From assembly GCA_040755335.1 (NCBI GenBank), contig JBFMAU010000001.1, positions 1 to 59,080 of the forward strand: a DNA stretch of 59,080 bases, in the 5' to 3' direction. The notes beneath the pieces are model-generated. The model made no database searches. It saw nothing but the letters and a program-made list of their open reading frames with translations, and was not told the DNA's origin. This DNA is from Acidobacteriota bacterium (GTDB taxonomy: Bacteria; Acidobacteriota; Blastocatellia; UBA7656). Below, piece by piece: positions 29,348 to 39,837 of the stretch. A program made the translations under genes and the position numbers. Within the stretch, counting starts at the first letter, position 1. Each line of letters starts with the position of its first letter.

Positions 29348-29415
29348 GTTTTCATCTGCGCGAGCATTACTTTTTCCCGACCGTCTCTCTCGTTACATCC
29401 TTGTGAGTTCTCCGA

Positions 29416-30606
29416 TCATTTCTTCTTCTGCTTTGCCAGATATGATTTCGCCTGCTGAGAGACTATCTCCACGAGATTGCCCATCGCCAGATGAACATCG
29501 ATCAGGTGCAATCCCCAATCGGCCTGCACCTGCCCGCCCGTGACCACATCGCCCGTGATGTCATCCGTGCGCGGGTCTTTCGGGTCTGCGTGAACTTTGA
29601 CCGCCAGATACGAACCCTTTTCGTTCGACACGCATTCAGCAGTCAGCAGACCGGGAACGCTGACAAACGGAGTGCTGATCTTTTGCTCAGGCATAACCCA
29701 CGGCTTAGGCTCTGCCGATGATCCGAGGCTGCGACCGCCGGATGAGAGATACGCCTTGAGCGCGCCGCTGCCGCCGCCCAGCGCCGCAGGGTTCACGCAG
29801 GCAGTTTCCATATCTTTGTTCTGCACGCGAGCGAACCTGCTGTTGGCAGGAGGAGGGACGTTCTCGCGGAATGAAGCGTAAGCGATCACACAACCTGTCT
29901 GCGACGCCGACCGGCACAGCGGCACATTCTGAAATGCGCCTCCCACATCCTTGCCCTTTGGCACGGGCAGGTTCGTTCCCAGCAGCAAAGCCGAGATGAT
30001 GCGCGCCTGAATGGGTTTGCCATCGATTTCGTTTCGAATCAGTTGCGTCAACACGCCTGACCCCTGCGAATGGCCTATCAGCACCACGCCGCGACCCTCG
30101 TTGTCATGTTCGAGGTAATGCTTCCACGCATCGACCACGTCGTTGTAACCGAGCGCGCGATCAACCGCCATAGGGCGGCCCGCGATCCCTGCGCGCAGTG
30201 CGGTCAATGTCACCTGACGGTAGAGCGGCGCGAACGTGCGGCACTGCGAACCGAAACGCGCGAACTGCGCCCGGATGACGGCCAATTCTTCAGGCCCCGC
30301 GTTCATATCACTGTTGGGCGTCTGATCCATTGAGACAGTCGGGTAAACGTAGAAACAATCTATCGGCGCGTTGGGATTTGGCGACCACTTCTCGGTGGTA
30401 AGCTTGCCGCTGGCGTGAACTATGGTGGTCGTCAGATCGACCGCGCAGGCATCCTGACGGCCTGGACGACACAGCCACGCTTCGGCTTTGCTGTAATCAT
30501 TCTTCGCGGCTGCGGTGGAAGGAGTCGTCGTTTGAGCCAGAATGTTTTCACCAACAGAAAGGCTCGCTATCAGAGATAAAGCCGTAATGATGAAGCGTCG
30601 TAACAT
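29416..30606 (-). CDS. DUF3089-type exported alpha/beta-hydrolase
   Basis: Signal peptide. LCRPGRQDACA...DCFYVYPTV is typical of the DUF3089 N-terminus. Nucleophile elbow VLIGHSQGS. Confidence 0.75.
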   Translation of the reverse strand: MLRRFIITALSLIASLSVGENILAQTTTPSTAAAKNDYSKAEAWLCRPGRQDACAVDLTTTIVHASGKLTTEKWSPNPNAPIDCFYVYPTVSMDQTPNSDMNAGPEELAVIRAQFARFGSQCRTFAPLYRQVTLTALRAGIAGRPMAVDRALGYNDVVDAWKHYLEHDNEGRGVVLIGHSQGSGVLTQLIRNEIDGKPIQARIISALLLGTNLPVPKGKDVGGAFQNVPLCRSASQTGCVIAYASFRENVPPPANSRFARVQNKDMETACVNPAALGGGSGALKAYLSSGGRSLGSSAEPKPWVMPEQKISTPFVSVPGLLTAECVSNEKGSYLAVKVHADPKDPRTDDITGDVVTGGQVQADWGLHLIDVHLAMGNLVEIVSQQAKSYLAKQKKK

Positions 30607-30651
30607 GTTTTTCCTTTCCTCGTAGAGCTTGCGCTCCGTTAAATTAATCGA

Positions 30652-32217
30652 TCAGCGTCGCTGCTGAAATCGCTCGATGAAATCAAGCTGATCCTTGAGC
30701 AGATGATTTCGCAACTGAACCGCGTAGCCGAAATCAAGGTATGGCTCCGCCTCGCGCGTGTATGGAATCCACTTCGTCAGCCCCTTGCCGTTCGGGTCGC
30801 CCGTCGTCGCAAAATTCACCCAGTAACTCGACATCATATCGGCCAGACGGTGATCCGTCTCCTGATACGCCTGATTTCTAAGGCGGAGATTGTTGAAGAC
30901 GTAGATGATTTCCGCAGCGTGGTATGCGCCGAGTCGATTGCTGTTGGGATGAGGAGGGACGTGGCTGAAGAAATAAAGATAAGCCTTCGAGCGACCCGTG
31001 GCAGTCATTCGCGCCCACGTCCTCATCTGCAAAGTGAAAGCCGCATCGCGCAATCCGCCGAGATATGCCGCGGCGATATCCGCTTCGCTTTTGGCAGGGT
31101 AGAGCGCGTCGAATTCTTTCGCCATCTCGCCGTACTGCGCCTCGACTCGCTTGCGGTATTCATCCATCGTTTTCGGCACCATCGCAGGCGCAGTCAGCGT
31201 TGTCATCTCGTTTGCATTCGAGCCTACGATGACCGGCACATCATTTTGTTTTCCCTGCGCGAAAAGGTTGCGAATCTCATCTGTCAGAACCCACCCATCG
31301 ACGTTCGGCTGAGTTCGGAATTTTCTTCCTTCCGGGTCGTTGTTGAAGACATCGATTATTTTTTCAGCCGACATCGCGCGCAAAGCTTTAATCGAATCGG
31401 CACCTGCGGCTTTGGCGAAGGCCAAGCCTATTTTTTCCGCCGATGGGAGTCCGCCTCTGTCTTCTTTCAAATAAGTCCCTCGCCCGAATGAGCCGCCGCT
31501 CTGCCCTATCGCCCTGTGAAAAAGCCTTCGCGCCAGAGATGAGGCGACCAATGCATTGACGCTCCACGAGCCTGCTGATTCGCCGAAGATGGTCACGCGC
31601 GACGCATCGCCGCCGAAGCGAGCTATATTTTTCTGCACCCATTTCAAAGCGGCTATCTGATCCAGCACGCCGTAATTTCCCGATGAATGATTCGCTGATT
31701 CGGCTGTGAGTTCCGGGTGCGCCAGATAACCAAGCACGCCCAGGCGATAATTGATCGTCACCAGCACGACCCCCTTTTTCGCCAGAGCCGTCCCGTCGTA
31801 AATGCGATTCGATCCCGAGCCGCGAGTGAGCGCGCCCCCGTGAATCCATACCATAACGGGCCGTCGCTCTCCTTCTATGGCCGCAGTCCACACGTTGAGG
31901 TAGAGACAATTCTCGCTCTGTCGCTGCGGTGGCGAATAATACATAGACGACTGAGGGTAAGGAGCCTGCGGACACTCCGGGCCGAACGTGTCGCAGCGGC
32001 GGACGCCCGACCAGGCGACGACGGGCTGAGGCGGCTTCCATCTCAGATCGCCTGTGGGAGGAGCGGCGAAAGGGATGCCTTTGAAACAGCGGACGCCGTC
32101 CGTCGTCACGCCTGAGACAAGTCCGCCATCGACTTTGATGGCGTCGTTAGAGGCGAGAGTCGGGCCGGAAAACGCTAAGGCGAAGGCGAGTGCAAACACA
32201 GCAAGATTGCGCAACAT
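30652..32217 (-). CDS. Carboxylesterase type B (second copy)
   Basis: Signal peptide MLRNLAVFALAFALAFSG. Motifs CLYLNVW, WIHGGAL, FGGDASRVTIFGESAGS. Confidence 0.88.
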   Translation of the reverse strand: MLRNLAVFALAFALAFSGPTLASNDAIKVDGGLVSGVTTDGVRCFKGIPFAAPPTGDLRWKPPQPVVAWSGVRRCDTFGPECPQAPYPQSSMYYSPPQRQSENCLYLNVWTAAIEGERRPVMVWIHGGALTRGSGSNRIYDGTALAKKGVVLVTINYRLGVLGYLAHPELTAESANHSSGNYGVLDQIAALKWVQKNIARFGGDASRVTIFGESAGSWSVNALVASSLARRLFHRAIGQSGGSFGRGTYLKEDRGGLPSAEKIGLAFAKAAGADSIKALRAMSAEKIIDVFNNDPEGRKFRTQPNVDGWVLTDEIRNLFAQGKQNDVPVIVGSNANEMTTLTAPAMVPKTMDEYRKRVEAQYGEMAKEFDALYPAKSEADIAAAYLGGLRDAAFTLQMRTWARMTATGRSKAYLYFFSHVPPHPNSNRLGAYHAAEIIYVFNNLRLRNQAYQETDHRLADMMSSYWVNFATTGDPNGKGLTKWIPYTREAEPYLDFGYAVQLRNHLLKDQLDFIERFQQRR

Positions 32218-32330
32218 GGAAATCCTCTCCGGTATCGGGTTTGAGTTCGTGAGCAGCGCGAATTTTCATCCGCGCTATTCGTGAATACCTCTTTCAAGCC
32301 GCATCGGGTTACTTATTTCAGGAAAAATTT

Positions 32331-32406
32331 TTTGGAGTGGCGGCGACCTGTCGCAGCTTTTCTTCTGCGTAAGACCAAAGCGGGGACAAGTCCCCGCACT
32401 CCAAAG
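32331..32406. repeat. TTTGGAGTG...CACTCCAAA palindromic element, family B (copy 1)
   Basis: TTTGGAGTGGCGGCGACCTGTCGCAGC ... GCGGGGACAAGTCCCCGCACTCCAAA. Each arm is itself a small hairpin. Confidence 0.85.
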
Positions 32407-32436
32407 ACGTTCGACTTTGATCCGCACTATCTCCAC

Positions 32437-33315
32437 TCATTTCTTTGGGTCGTTGGCGTTGATGAATTTGACGACCGTTTCGAGATACTCCTGCGGCATG
32501 TATCCGGCCATAATAGCCGTCAGGTGCGACTTTCCAGGCAGCACGACGTTGGTGAAATTTCTCAACTCGCGATGCATCCGCACGGTTTTTGCCAGAGGCC
32601 GGTCGAATTCTCCATTGATGGCCATCACAGGAAACGTGATTTTCGTCAGATCGAGTTGCGGCCCTGCGGGCTGTGTGCGCGCAGCAGCAGCGAGCGCGGC
32701 GCGCTGTTGTTCCTGCCGCTGCTGTAACTGTTTGGCCAGTTCTTCGACTGTGATTCCAAGGTCCGCTGCGCGCTTGGCTCTCAGCCGTGCGCTCGCTTCG
32801 TCTTCCTGCGGGTCGCGCCCTTCTTTGTCTTTCGGGAGCTTCGCTCTCCATTCCGGGTCCGTCTCCTGAATGCCCGATCCGCCAAACCCGGCGGTGATGA
32901 AGCGATCCGGGATGAGGGCCATCAATCGCCCGACTATCCCGCCGCCCATGGAGTATCCGTGAAAGTGCGCTTTCTGAATCTTGAGATGATCCATCAACTC
33001 TATCACGTCCTCGGCCCGACCCGGCCCCATCGGCTGCGGCTTGTCGCTCCTTCCATGATTGCGGCAATCAATGGCTATGACCATGTGATTTTTCGCCAGA
33101 GCATCGGCGATTCCGTTTGAGAACCAGTTCCCTTCGGCGCTTCCCGTGTAGCCGTGAATCAGTATGACAGGCACTCCCTTGCCTTTGACCATGTAGTGAA
33201 TTTTTATCCCGTCCGAGGTCTTGAAGAAGTTATGCGAAGGCTTTTCCTGAGCCGGGATCGCGACTGCCGCAATTGCAACGAAGAGCGCGATTGAGAAAAT
33301 GTTTCGTCTCATCAT
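32437..33315 (-). CDS. Exported alpha/beta-hydrolase with a charged helical insert (lid)
   Basis: Signal peptide MMRRNIFSIALFVAIAAVAIPA. Motifs ILIHGYTGS and HFHGYSMGG (GxSxG). The insert is DKEGRDPQEDEASARLRAKRAADLGITVEELAKQLQQRQEQQRAAL. Confidence 0.8.
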   Translation of the reverse strand: MMRRNIFSIALFVAIAAVAIPAQEKPSHNFFKTSDGIKIHYMVKGKGVPVILIHGYTGSAEGNWFSNGIADALAKNHMVIAIDCRNHGRSDKPQPMGPGRAEDVIELMDHLKIQKAHFHGYSMGGGIVGRLMALIPDRFITAGFGGSGIQETDPEWRAKLPKDKEGRDPQEDEASARLRAKRAADLGITVEELAKQLQQRQEQQRAALAAAARTQPAGPQLDLTKITFPVMAINGEFDRPLAKTVRMHRELRNFTNVVLPGKSHLTAIMAGYMPQEYLETVVKFINANDPKK

Positions 33316-33336
33316 TTCATTCCACCTCCCAAAAAA

Positions 33337-33410
33337 TGTGCAGTAGGCTCGAAGCCTGCTGTTTATCTCATTTTCATGCTTTCAGGCAAACAGGCTACGA
33401 TTCCGCGTTG
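33337..33410 (-). repeat. Hairpin element, family E (copy 2)
   Basis: GTAGGCTCGAAGCCTGCTGTTTA - TCTCATTTTCATGCTTTCAGG - CAAACAGGCTAC. It lies between the TBDR stop and the 33315 start. Confidence 0.8.
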
Positions 33411-33453
33411 CCGGAGCGACGCAGAAACACTGCATCGCTCCGGGTTGAAGATA

Positions 33454-36400
33454 CTAGAAGCTGACCCTTGCGGCGAACTGAAAAGCGCGCGGGCCGCCTG
33501 ACCCGAAGACCGGATTGACGCGGCCTGTGGGCTGACCGAAGTTGAAGTTGGGATTGCGACCCGGCGTGCCTGCCGGATTGGCTGCGCTCGGCGGAGTGGG
33601 CCGAATGTATGCGTCGAGCGTGCCGCTGAAACCCGTCAGGTTCGCGATGTTGAAGGCGTTGAAAACTTCTCCGATCAAAGAGAGCCTGACTTTTTCGCCT
33701 ATGCGCACAACTCTAGTCAAACGGATATCGTGCGACATGAAACTGTCATCATGGGCGAACTTATCCGGCAACACGATGAACGGGAAGGGAGTGCCAAGGG
33801 CATCGCGGTTCGCGCGATTTCGGATGTCGCGGACGAAGGTATCGGGCGGAGCCGGGAAATTGGCATTGTACTCGGCCACCAGCCGACGAATATCATCGGC
33901 ATCCAGATCATAGCCGAATGAACTGACATCGGTTCCGGGAAGCCGGAAAACGAACGTGCCGTCGCCCTCAGGATCGAGAATGCCCAGAGTGACCGAGGTC
34001 GGAGTCCCTGTTCGCATATCGACTATCGTCGAAACTTGCCAGTCGTTGAGCAAGCCTCGCAAGAATCTGTTATCGCCCTTGTATTTCGGCAACTCCCAGA
34101 TGGCATTGCCCGTGAAGCGATGTCTCGGATTGCCGCCGCTTATGCCGTGACCTTCGTGAAGGCCGTCGTTGTTGGAGATGCCTGTAAAGGTCGTGTAGCG
34201 CGAAAGCGCGTAAGACCCGCCGAGCGTGAATCCATTGGAGAAGCGTTTATCGACCTTGAGTTGCAAAGCGGTGTAGCGCGAGAGTATTCCCGGCAATCCG
34301 TATTGAATCGGGCCGAGCGAGCATTGCGCCCTTGGGTCGAAACGATTGGCCGCAGTGCAGGCCGGTATTACGGGGTTGCGAATGGGAACAGCCGTACCGC
34401 TGGGGAGAATGGTCTGATAGCTGAATCTGTTCCATCGATTCAGGTCGGGGAAGAACAACTCGAAGGCTCCGAATCCGACCCCTCGTCGCTGGACGAAATC
34501 AGCCGAAACCGAGAGGTTGCGTATGATCTCGCGTTGCAGGCCGACATTGAACTGGAGGGTGTAGGGCGTGCGCGAAGAGTCGCTGTTGTAGATCGCATCC
34601 AGATTTCCCGCGCCCGCGACGGTCTTGGAAATATTGACGCCGCGCAGCGAGAGGTCTTGCCCGTTGAATTGCGAGTAGAAAGCCTCTAGCTGCGCTCTCG
34701 CGTTGGCCAGGTAGTTGAGCATATCGAGCAGGCTGAAGGCAGTCGGAGTGGTGAAGCTCAAACATCCTGCCGCGGGATTGGCCGCCACGCTGCCGCAGCG
34801 CGTCAGGCTTTCCGGGTTCTGCAAGGCCGCGCCCGATAGAGACTGCAATCCGTTGCCTGCCGGACCGAAGAGTATCCGCTGGTTGAGATTGAAGAATCCC
34901 ACATTGGGCGAGATGTGGTGAAGTGACGCGCTGGCGCGGATGACCGTCTTTTCATCTTTGCCCACCGCCCACGCAAAACCAACTGCCGGATCGAAGTTCC
35001 CGTACTGCTGTTTCGGCCCTTCGAGATTATCTCCGAGCAGTGGCCGCAGGTAATCGGTGTTAAGGTCGATGTCGTGGTAGAAGACGTTGCTCTCATACGA
35101 CCAGCCCAGTCCGTAGTTGAGTGTGAAGCCCTTGAAGATCTGCCACGCATCCTGAGCGTAGAAGCGGACGTGGTGGTTGCTCGTGGCTTTTTCGTAGTTA
35201 TAGGGCGCTGGCTGTCCGGGGTCTCCTATTCCGATTGTGAGCGTGCCGTTGAGCGGGAGTTGCAGGAGATCCGTAAACGGCACAGGCTGACCTGTCGGGA
35301 CTTTCAGGCTCGCGGGGAGCGCGGCAAACAGCGCGGCATTGGACGCAACCTGAGTCGGACTGAAGGCCGAAAATCCTCCTGCCGCCTGACGGTTCCATGT
35401 GCCATGCCCGTAGGTGTATTCATAGTTGCCGCCGAAGCGAATGCGATGCGCGCCCTTCGTCCAGTTCACGTTGTCCGTCCACTGGAAAGTGCGCGGGTGA
35501 CGATCCTGCGAGACATTGACGTTGGTTCCTACCTGAAGCCCGCCGAAAAAGGAAATGAGCGGGCCGCCCAGTCCGAAGCACAGGCGAGGATCGCCACTCA
35601 CACGTTCGCATTCCTCCTCGGTGGGAGGACGAAGCCGGCTTCTGAAATAGGAATAGGAGAAGCGGAAATCGTTCACCAGTCGGGGAGTGAACACGCTGGT
35701 TAGGCCCATCTGTGTCTGATAGGAGAAATTGCTCGAAGCGATCCACGTAGACTCCAGATTGGTGCCGGAGATGCTGTCATTGGAGTCTATATTGCTTCGG
35801 AGAAAAGCCGTGTGCTTATCGTTGACCGTGTAATCGACGCGCACGCCGAACAGATCGCCTTCCAGCGGTTGCTGCGCGATGTGATTGAATCCGAACAGCA
35901 CCGGATCGGTGAAATTGATCGTGCGCGCTCCAACCTGATCATTGCGTTCGTAGTTGGTGAAGAAGAAGAGCCGGTCTTTTTTGATCGGCCCGCCGAAAGT
36001 GGCTCCATACTGCTTGCGGACGAAGAAAGGATCCTGTAATCGCTCGCAAAGCGCCGGATTGGCGCACAGCGGATTGAAGGCAGTCGGGTCATCGGGACGG
36101 CGGAAGCCCGGAAACGCGGATATGTTGTGGTCGCGATAAAAGAAGAAACCGCTCCCATGAAATTCATTGCCGCCCGTCCGCGATACGATGTTGACCGCCC
36201 CGGCTGAAACCGTTCCCGACGAGAGATCGAACCCGAGAGTGCTGATCTGAAATTCCTGCACCGTCTCGGCGGAAAAGTTCTGCGATGTGCCACCGGTTAT
36301 CCGGTCATTGACCCTCGCTCCATCGACCGATATGACGGTCATCTGCTGAGGAGCGCCGCCGACTGAAATCTGGAAAAAGTTGTTCGGATTCCCGGCGCCG

Positions 36401-36927
36401 GAATTCGGGTTGTAAGTCACGTTGACGCCGGGTTCGAGCAAAGCGATAGACAAAAAGCTCCGCCCGTTGAGAGGAAGATTTTCGACTCGCTCTCGATTGA
36501 TGACCCCTCCGACCACAGTATCGGTGGTGTTGATGATCGGAGCATCAGGCGTCACATCGACTACTTCGCTGGTCGTGCCGACCTCCATAGAGAAATCGCT
36601 CGAAGCTGTGTTGCCGACTTCGACGGACACGGTTTGGGTTTGAGTCTTGAACCCGTCGGCTTCGGCTTTGACCTCATAAGCGCCAGGCAATAGGTTCTCG
36701 AATACGAAGTTTCCTTCGCTCCCGGCCTTGAGTTTTCTCAAAGCGCCGGTCGCTTTGTTGGTAGCCGTTATATTGGCGCTGGTGACTACGGCATCGTTTT
36801 GATCCTTCACCATGCCTTTGATAGCTCCGGTCGCATTTTGAGCCAGCGCCGAAGTTCCCATGCTCATCAGCAATACGGACAAGGCAAGGGCGACTGCGCG
36901 CTGCAGGTAGTTGTGCTTGGACTGCAT
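33454..36927 (-). CDS. TonB-dependent outer-membrane receptor with an N-terminal CarboxypepD_reg domain
   Basis: ATG at 36927 with an AAAGGAGG SD and signal peptide ...MSMGTSALA. GAIKGMVKDQNDAVVTSANITATNKATG...GNFVFENLLPGAYEVK is the CarboxypepD_reg domain. A plug-like region (NGRSFLSIALLEPGV) follows. The barrel ends in the terminal AARVSF (aromatic C-terminus). Confidence 0.88.
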   Translation of the reverse strand: MQSKHNYLQRAVALALSVLLMSMGTSALAQNATGAIKGMVKDQNDAVVTSANITATNKATGALRKLKAGSEGNFVFENLLPGAYEVKAEADGFKTQTQTVSVEVGNTASSDFSMEVGTTSEVVDVTPDAPIINTTDTVVGGVINRERVENLPLNGRSFLSIALLEPGVNVTYNPNSGAGNPNNFFQISVGGAPQQMTVISVDGARVNDRITGGTSQNFSAETVQEFQISTLGFDLSSGTVSAGAVNIVSRTGGNEFHGSGFFFYRDHNISAFPGFRRPDDPTAFNPLCANPALCERLQDPFFVRKQYGATFGGPIKKDRLFFFTNYERNDQVGARTINFTDPVLFGFNHIAQQPLEGDLFGVRVDYTVNDKHTAFLRSNIDSNDSISGTNLESTWIASSNFSYQTQMGLTSVFTPRLVNDFRFSYSYFRSRLRPPTEEECERVSGDPRLCFGLGGPLISFFGGLQVGTNVNVSQDRHPRTFQWTDNVNWTKGAHRIRFGGNYEYTYGHGTWNRQAAGGFSAFSPTQVASNAALFAALPASLKVPTGQPVPFTDLLQLPLNGTLTIGIGDPGQPAPYNYEKATSNHHVRFYAQDAWQIFKGFTLNYGLGWSYESNVFYHDIDLNTDYLRPLLGDNLEGPKQQYGNFDPAVGFAWAVGKDEKTVIRASASLHHISPNVGFFNLNQRILFGPAGNGLQSLSGAALQNPESLTRCGSVAANPAAGCLSFTTPTAFSLLDMLNYLANARAQLEAFYSQFNGQDLSLRGVNISKTVAGAGNLDAIYNSDSSRTPYTLQFNVGLQREIIRNLSVSADFVQRRGVGFGAFELFFPDLNRWNRFSYQTILPSGTAVPIRNPVIPACTAANRFDPRAQCSLGPIQYGLPGILSRYTALQLKVDKRFSNGFTLGGSYALSRYTTFTGISNNDGLHEGHGISGGNPRHRFTGNAIWELPKYKGDNRFLRGLLNDWQVSTIVDMRTGTPTSVTLGILDPEGDGTFVFRLPGTDVSSFGYDLDADDIRRLVAEYNANFPAPPDTFVRDIRNRANRDALGTPFPFIVLPDKFAHDDSFMSHDIRLTRVVRIGEKVRLSLIGEVFNAFNIANLTGFSGTLDAYIRPTPPSAANPAGTPGRNPNFNFGQPTGRVNPVFGSGGPRAFQFAARVSF

Positions 36928-37551
36928 ACACTTTCCTCCTTTTGGCTGCACCATTGGAGAATGATGCGGTGATGTTTGTAGGGCAGGCACGGGCCTGCTC
37001 GCAAACCTACCGAGAGAGGGTGAGCGGAATGATCCTTCCTCTCCATCGAATGGAGGCGAAGCAGTGTGTGAGTGTGTATGCTCCGGTCTCCATCATCCCA
37101 CCCAGGCTGCACATCGAACACGGTCGCTCACTCAGTTTGGTTATAAGTAGAGCGAAAACTGAATCAGAGCGCGCAAATTAGTACAGTATGCGAGCGGAAG
37201 AAATGTGACGGAAACTTCGAAACTGCCATCGAAGCCTTTCTAAGCCAGCACTCTATGCGGATGGTGTTAGTTGTGTCAGAAACAAGACCGGAAAATGTCA
37301 AAGCGAATTTGATGACGAACAAAATCGGATCGCGCAATCTGGAAATCGCGGTTGTCGGATTCGATCCACCACCAATTTCCAGGCAGCGCAACGGGAAGAT
37401 AGTTTCTTCTCGCCGCTTCGATAATCCTCAATGCGCCCGGTATGATCGATGCCATCATTATCCCCAACGGCTTCGAAGCGGGCGCAATCGGATATCGTCA
37501 GCGGAGCCGGATTCTAACATACCTACCGACCGGTCGGCAATACACTTGACC

Positions 37552-37585
37552 TAAAAAATCCGCGGCTGATCTTCTCAGCCGCGGA
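37552..37585 (-). terminator. Rho-independent terminator after the Mo-hydroxylase genes
   Basis: On the minus strand: TCCGCGGCTGA-gaaga-TCAGCCGCGGA followed by TTTTTT. It lies 24 nt downstream of the stop at 37609. Confidence 0.8.
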
Positions 37586-37608
37586 CTGCGCGTTGTTTCG
37601 CGACTCGA

Positions 37609-39837
37609 TCACACGAGCTTATGCTTTCGGAGCGGCAACTCTCTGATGCGCTTCCCCGAAGCGGCGAATACGGCGTTGCAGATAGCGGGCGGAATGGGAG
37701 GCACTCCCGGCTCGCCCACCCCGGCGGGCGGCGCGTCGCTCGAAACTATATGCACGCGCGTCTCAAGGGGAGCCTCGTCGATTCGCGCCACACGATAATC
37801 GTGAAAGTTGGACTGTTGTATCTCTCCTGCGGCAGCCGTGATCTCGCCCATCAGCGCAATGCTTGCTCCAAAGACCGCCGCCCCCTCGAACTGCGCCCTC
37901 ACGCGATCAGGATTGATCACCCGTCCGGCATCTACAGCCACATCGACGCGCGGTATGCGAATCTTCCCCGTCGAATCGATTTCGACCTCGGCCACCACGG
38001 CGACATAAGTCAGAAAACTGTAATGCGCGGCTACGCCGAGCGCGCGCCCTTTCGCAGCTTTCTTCTTAGCCCAACCCGATTCTCTTGCCGCTATTTCGAT
38101 CACGTTGCGCAAGCGCCCCGTCTCAAGCGGATACTTTTCCGCCAGCCTTCCGCGCGCGGCCACATCGACACGTCGAGGCTGACCAACAAGATCGAGCAGA
38201 TACTCCACTCTGTCGCGCCCCGAAAGATGCGCCAGTTCATCGACGAAAGAATGAATGGCGAAGGCGTGCTGGATGTTGGCCACAGAGCGCAGCCATCCTA
38301 TGCGCACGTGATGGCGGGCCGGCCCATTCTCCGCCCTATGGTTAGGGATATCGAACGGTAGGTTAGTCCACCCCATTCCTAATTCGCCTCCGCTGGCCGA
38401 AGCCGTCGCAGGATTGAACGTCGACATCATCGATGGAAACGCGCACCGCTGAAGCCAGGCAGTCGGGCGGCCCTTTTCATCGAGAGCCGCTTTCATATAC
38501 ATGGCCGAAACCGTGTGATAATAATCGAAGCGAATATCGTCTTCGCGCGTCCACGTTACCTTTACCGGTTTGCCTACAGTCTTCGATAGCAGCGCCGCTT
38601 CCGCGACATAATCAGGTTTGGACTTGCGCCCGAATCCTCCGCCTAAAAGAGTGACATGGCACTCGACATTTTTCTTGTCTATGCCGAGCGCGGCGGCAAC
38701 CGTGTCCTGCACGGCCTGCGGATTCTGAGTGGCGGCATAGATCAACGCTTTGCCATCTTTGAAGTGAGCAACAGCCGCGGGCGGTTCCATAGGCGCGTGC
38801 GCAAGATGAGGAACATAGTATTCGGCCTCGTGCGTCTTGCCTCCCTTTGCGAACTCCGCGTCCACATCGCCCACATTGCGCGCGGCTCTTTGCGGCTTGC
38901 GGACGGTCTCAATCAACTGTTGTTTGTAGCTCGCTGAATCATAGCTGGCATTCTCACCCGGTTCCCATTCGACCTTGAGACGTTCGCGGCCCTGCATCGC
39001 AGACCATGTGTTAGAGGCGATGACGGCCACGCCGCCCAGAGCCTTGAATCCATGCGGAGGAGTAAATCCTTCGATCACTACCGTCCGCTCGACGCCCGGC
39101 ACTTTGCGCGTTTCCTGATCGTCGAAACTTTTCATCCGCCCGCCAAGCACAGGCGACCGCTCAATCGAGGCATAGACCATCCCCGCCATCTGCGCATCAA
39201 TGCCGAATATGCCTCTTCCTGAGCATAAATCTTCGCGGTCGACTATCGGCACGTCTTTGCCTATGTAGCGATACTGGTCTTTGGATTTGAAACTCAACTC
39301 TTCTCTACGGGGCGCGGTCTGCTGCGCCGCAAGCTGCGCGAGTTCTCCATAACCAAGTTTTCGCCCGCTGCCCGCATGCACGACCACGTGATTCTGCGCT
39401 TTGCATTCTGCCATCGGCACGCCCCATTTTGCCGCCGCCGCTCTTTCGAGCATCAATCGGGCCGCGGCTCCCGCTTCTCGCATAGCGTCGTAAAAATCTC
39501 GTATCGAGCATGAGCCGTCCGTGTTTTGCGAGCCGTATTTGGCATCGCCTATGGCCTGCTCGACCCGGACTCGCTTCCAGTCCGCGTCTAACTCTTCGGC
39601 GACGATGGTCGGCAGGACTGATCTTATGCCCGTTCCCATCTCCGAACGATGAGCCACTATTATCACAGTGCCGTCAGTCTCCACTCCGAGATAAACGCTC
39701 GGATGCCACGCGGCTTTATCGATGTCGATAGCGGTCATCGCTTCGACGGGAAGGACTCGCGCGGCCAGCACAAAAGCCGAGGCAGAGAACATGCTGCCGA
39801 GAAAGGCGCGACGATTTATGACTTCGACTCTATTCAT
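37609..39837 (-). CDS. Molybdopterin-binding large subunit of an IorB / aldehyde-oxidase-type hydroxylase, Tat-exported
   Basis: The ATG at 39837 overlaps the upstream stop (ATGA). Tat motif [19 protein letters not shown]. The sequence has the length and motifs of the isoquinoline 1-oxidoreductase beta / membrane aldehyde dehydrogenase large subunit family. Confidence 0.85.
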   Translation of the reverse strand: MNRVEVINRRAFLGSMFSASAFVLAARVLPVEAMTAIDIDKAAWHPSVYLGVETDGTVIIVAHRSEMGTGIRSVLPTIVAEELDADWKRVRVEQAIGDAKYGSQNTDGSCSIRDFYDAMREAGAAARLMLERAAAAKWGVPMAECKAQNHVVVHAGSGRKLGYGELAQLAAQQTAPRREELSFKSKDQYRYIGKDVPIVDREDLCSGRGIFGIDAQMAGMVYASIERSPVLGGRMKSFDDQETRKVPGVERTVVIEGFTPPHGFKALGGVAVIASNTWSAMQGRERLKVEWEPGENASYDSASYKQQLIETVRKPQRAARNVGDVDAEFAKGGKTHEAEYYVPHLAHAPMEPPAAVAHFKDGKALIYAATQNPQAVQDTVAAALGIDKKNVECHVTLLGGGFGRKSKPDYVAEAALLSKTVGKPVKVTWTREDDIRFDYYHTVSAMYMKAALDEKGRPTAWLQRCAFPSMMSTFNPATASASGGELGMGWTNLPFDIPNHRAENGPARHHVRIGWLRSVANIQHAFAIHSFVDELAHLSGRDRVEYLLDLVGQPRRVDVAARGRLAEKYPLETGRLRNVIEIAARESGWAKKKAAKGRALGVAAHYSFLTYVAVVAEVEIDSTGKIRIPRVDVAVDAGRVINPDRVRAQFEGAAVFGASIALMGEITAAAGEIQQSNFHDYRVARIDEAPLETRVHIVSSDAPPAGVGEPGVPPIPPAICNAVFAASGKRIRELPLRKHKLV

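Noticed and set aside
32318-33067. 249-aa Arg-rich ORF, with a related ORF at 31388..32041 and others, on the same strand as the esterase genes but in other frames.
   Set aside because: These are out-of-frame overlaps with strongly supported hydrolase genes. The extreme Arg/Gly/Ser content indicates a frame artefact.
36928-37160. Possible riboswitch in the long 5' leader of the TonB-dependent receptor gene.
   Set aside because: I found no B12 box (GCCACTG-like), no TPP (CTGAGA...ACCTGA) core and no other core I recognise. I see only generic hairpins (GCAGGC-acgg-GCCTGC, CTCCAT-cga-ATGGAG). A covariance-model search is needed before claiming anything.
37340-37382. GGATTCGATCC motif resembling a tRNA T-arm (GGTTCGAATCC) inside a CTGGAAAT...ATTTCCAG inverted repeat in the 0.6-kb spacer upstream of the TBDR.
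   Set aside because: On either strand I could not build a T-stem, an acceptor stem or the rest of a cloverleaf around it. It is probably just another palindromic element.
37164-37467. Small ORFs (75 and 63 aa, minus strand) in the spacer between the Mo-hydroxylase terminator and the TBDR start.
   Set aside because: They have no SD and an odd composition (WWW, Cys/Phe-rich ends), and they overlap each other. The region is A/T-richer non-coding DNA and probably holds the TBDR promoter.
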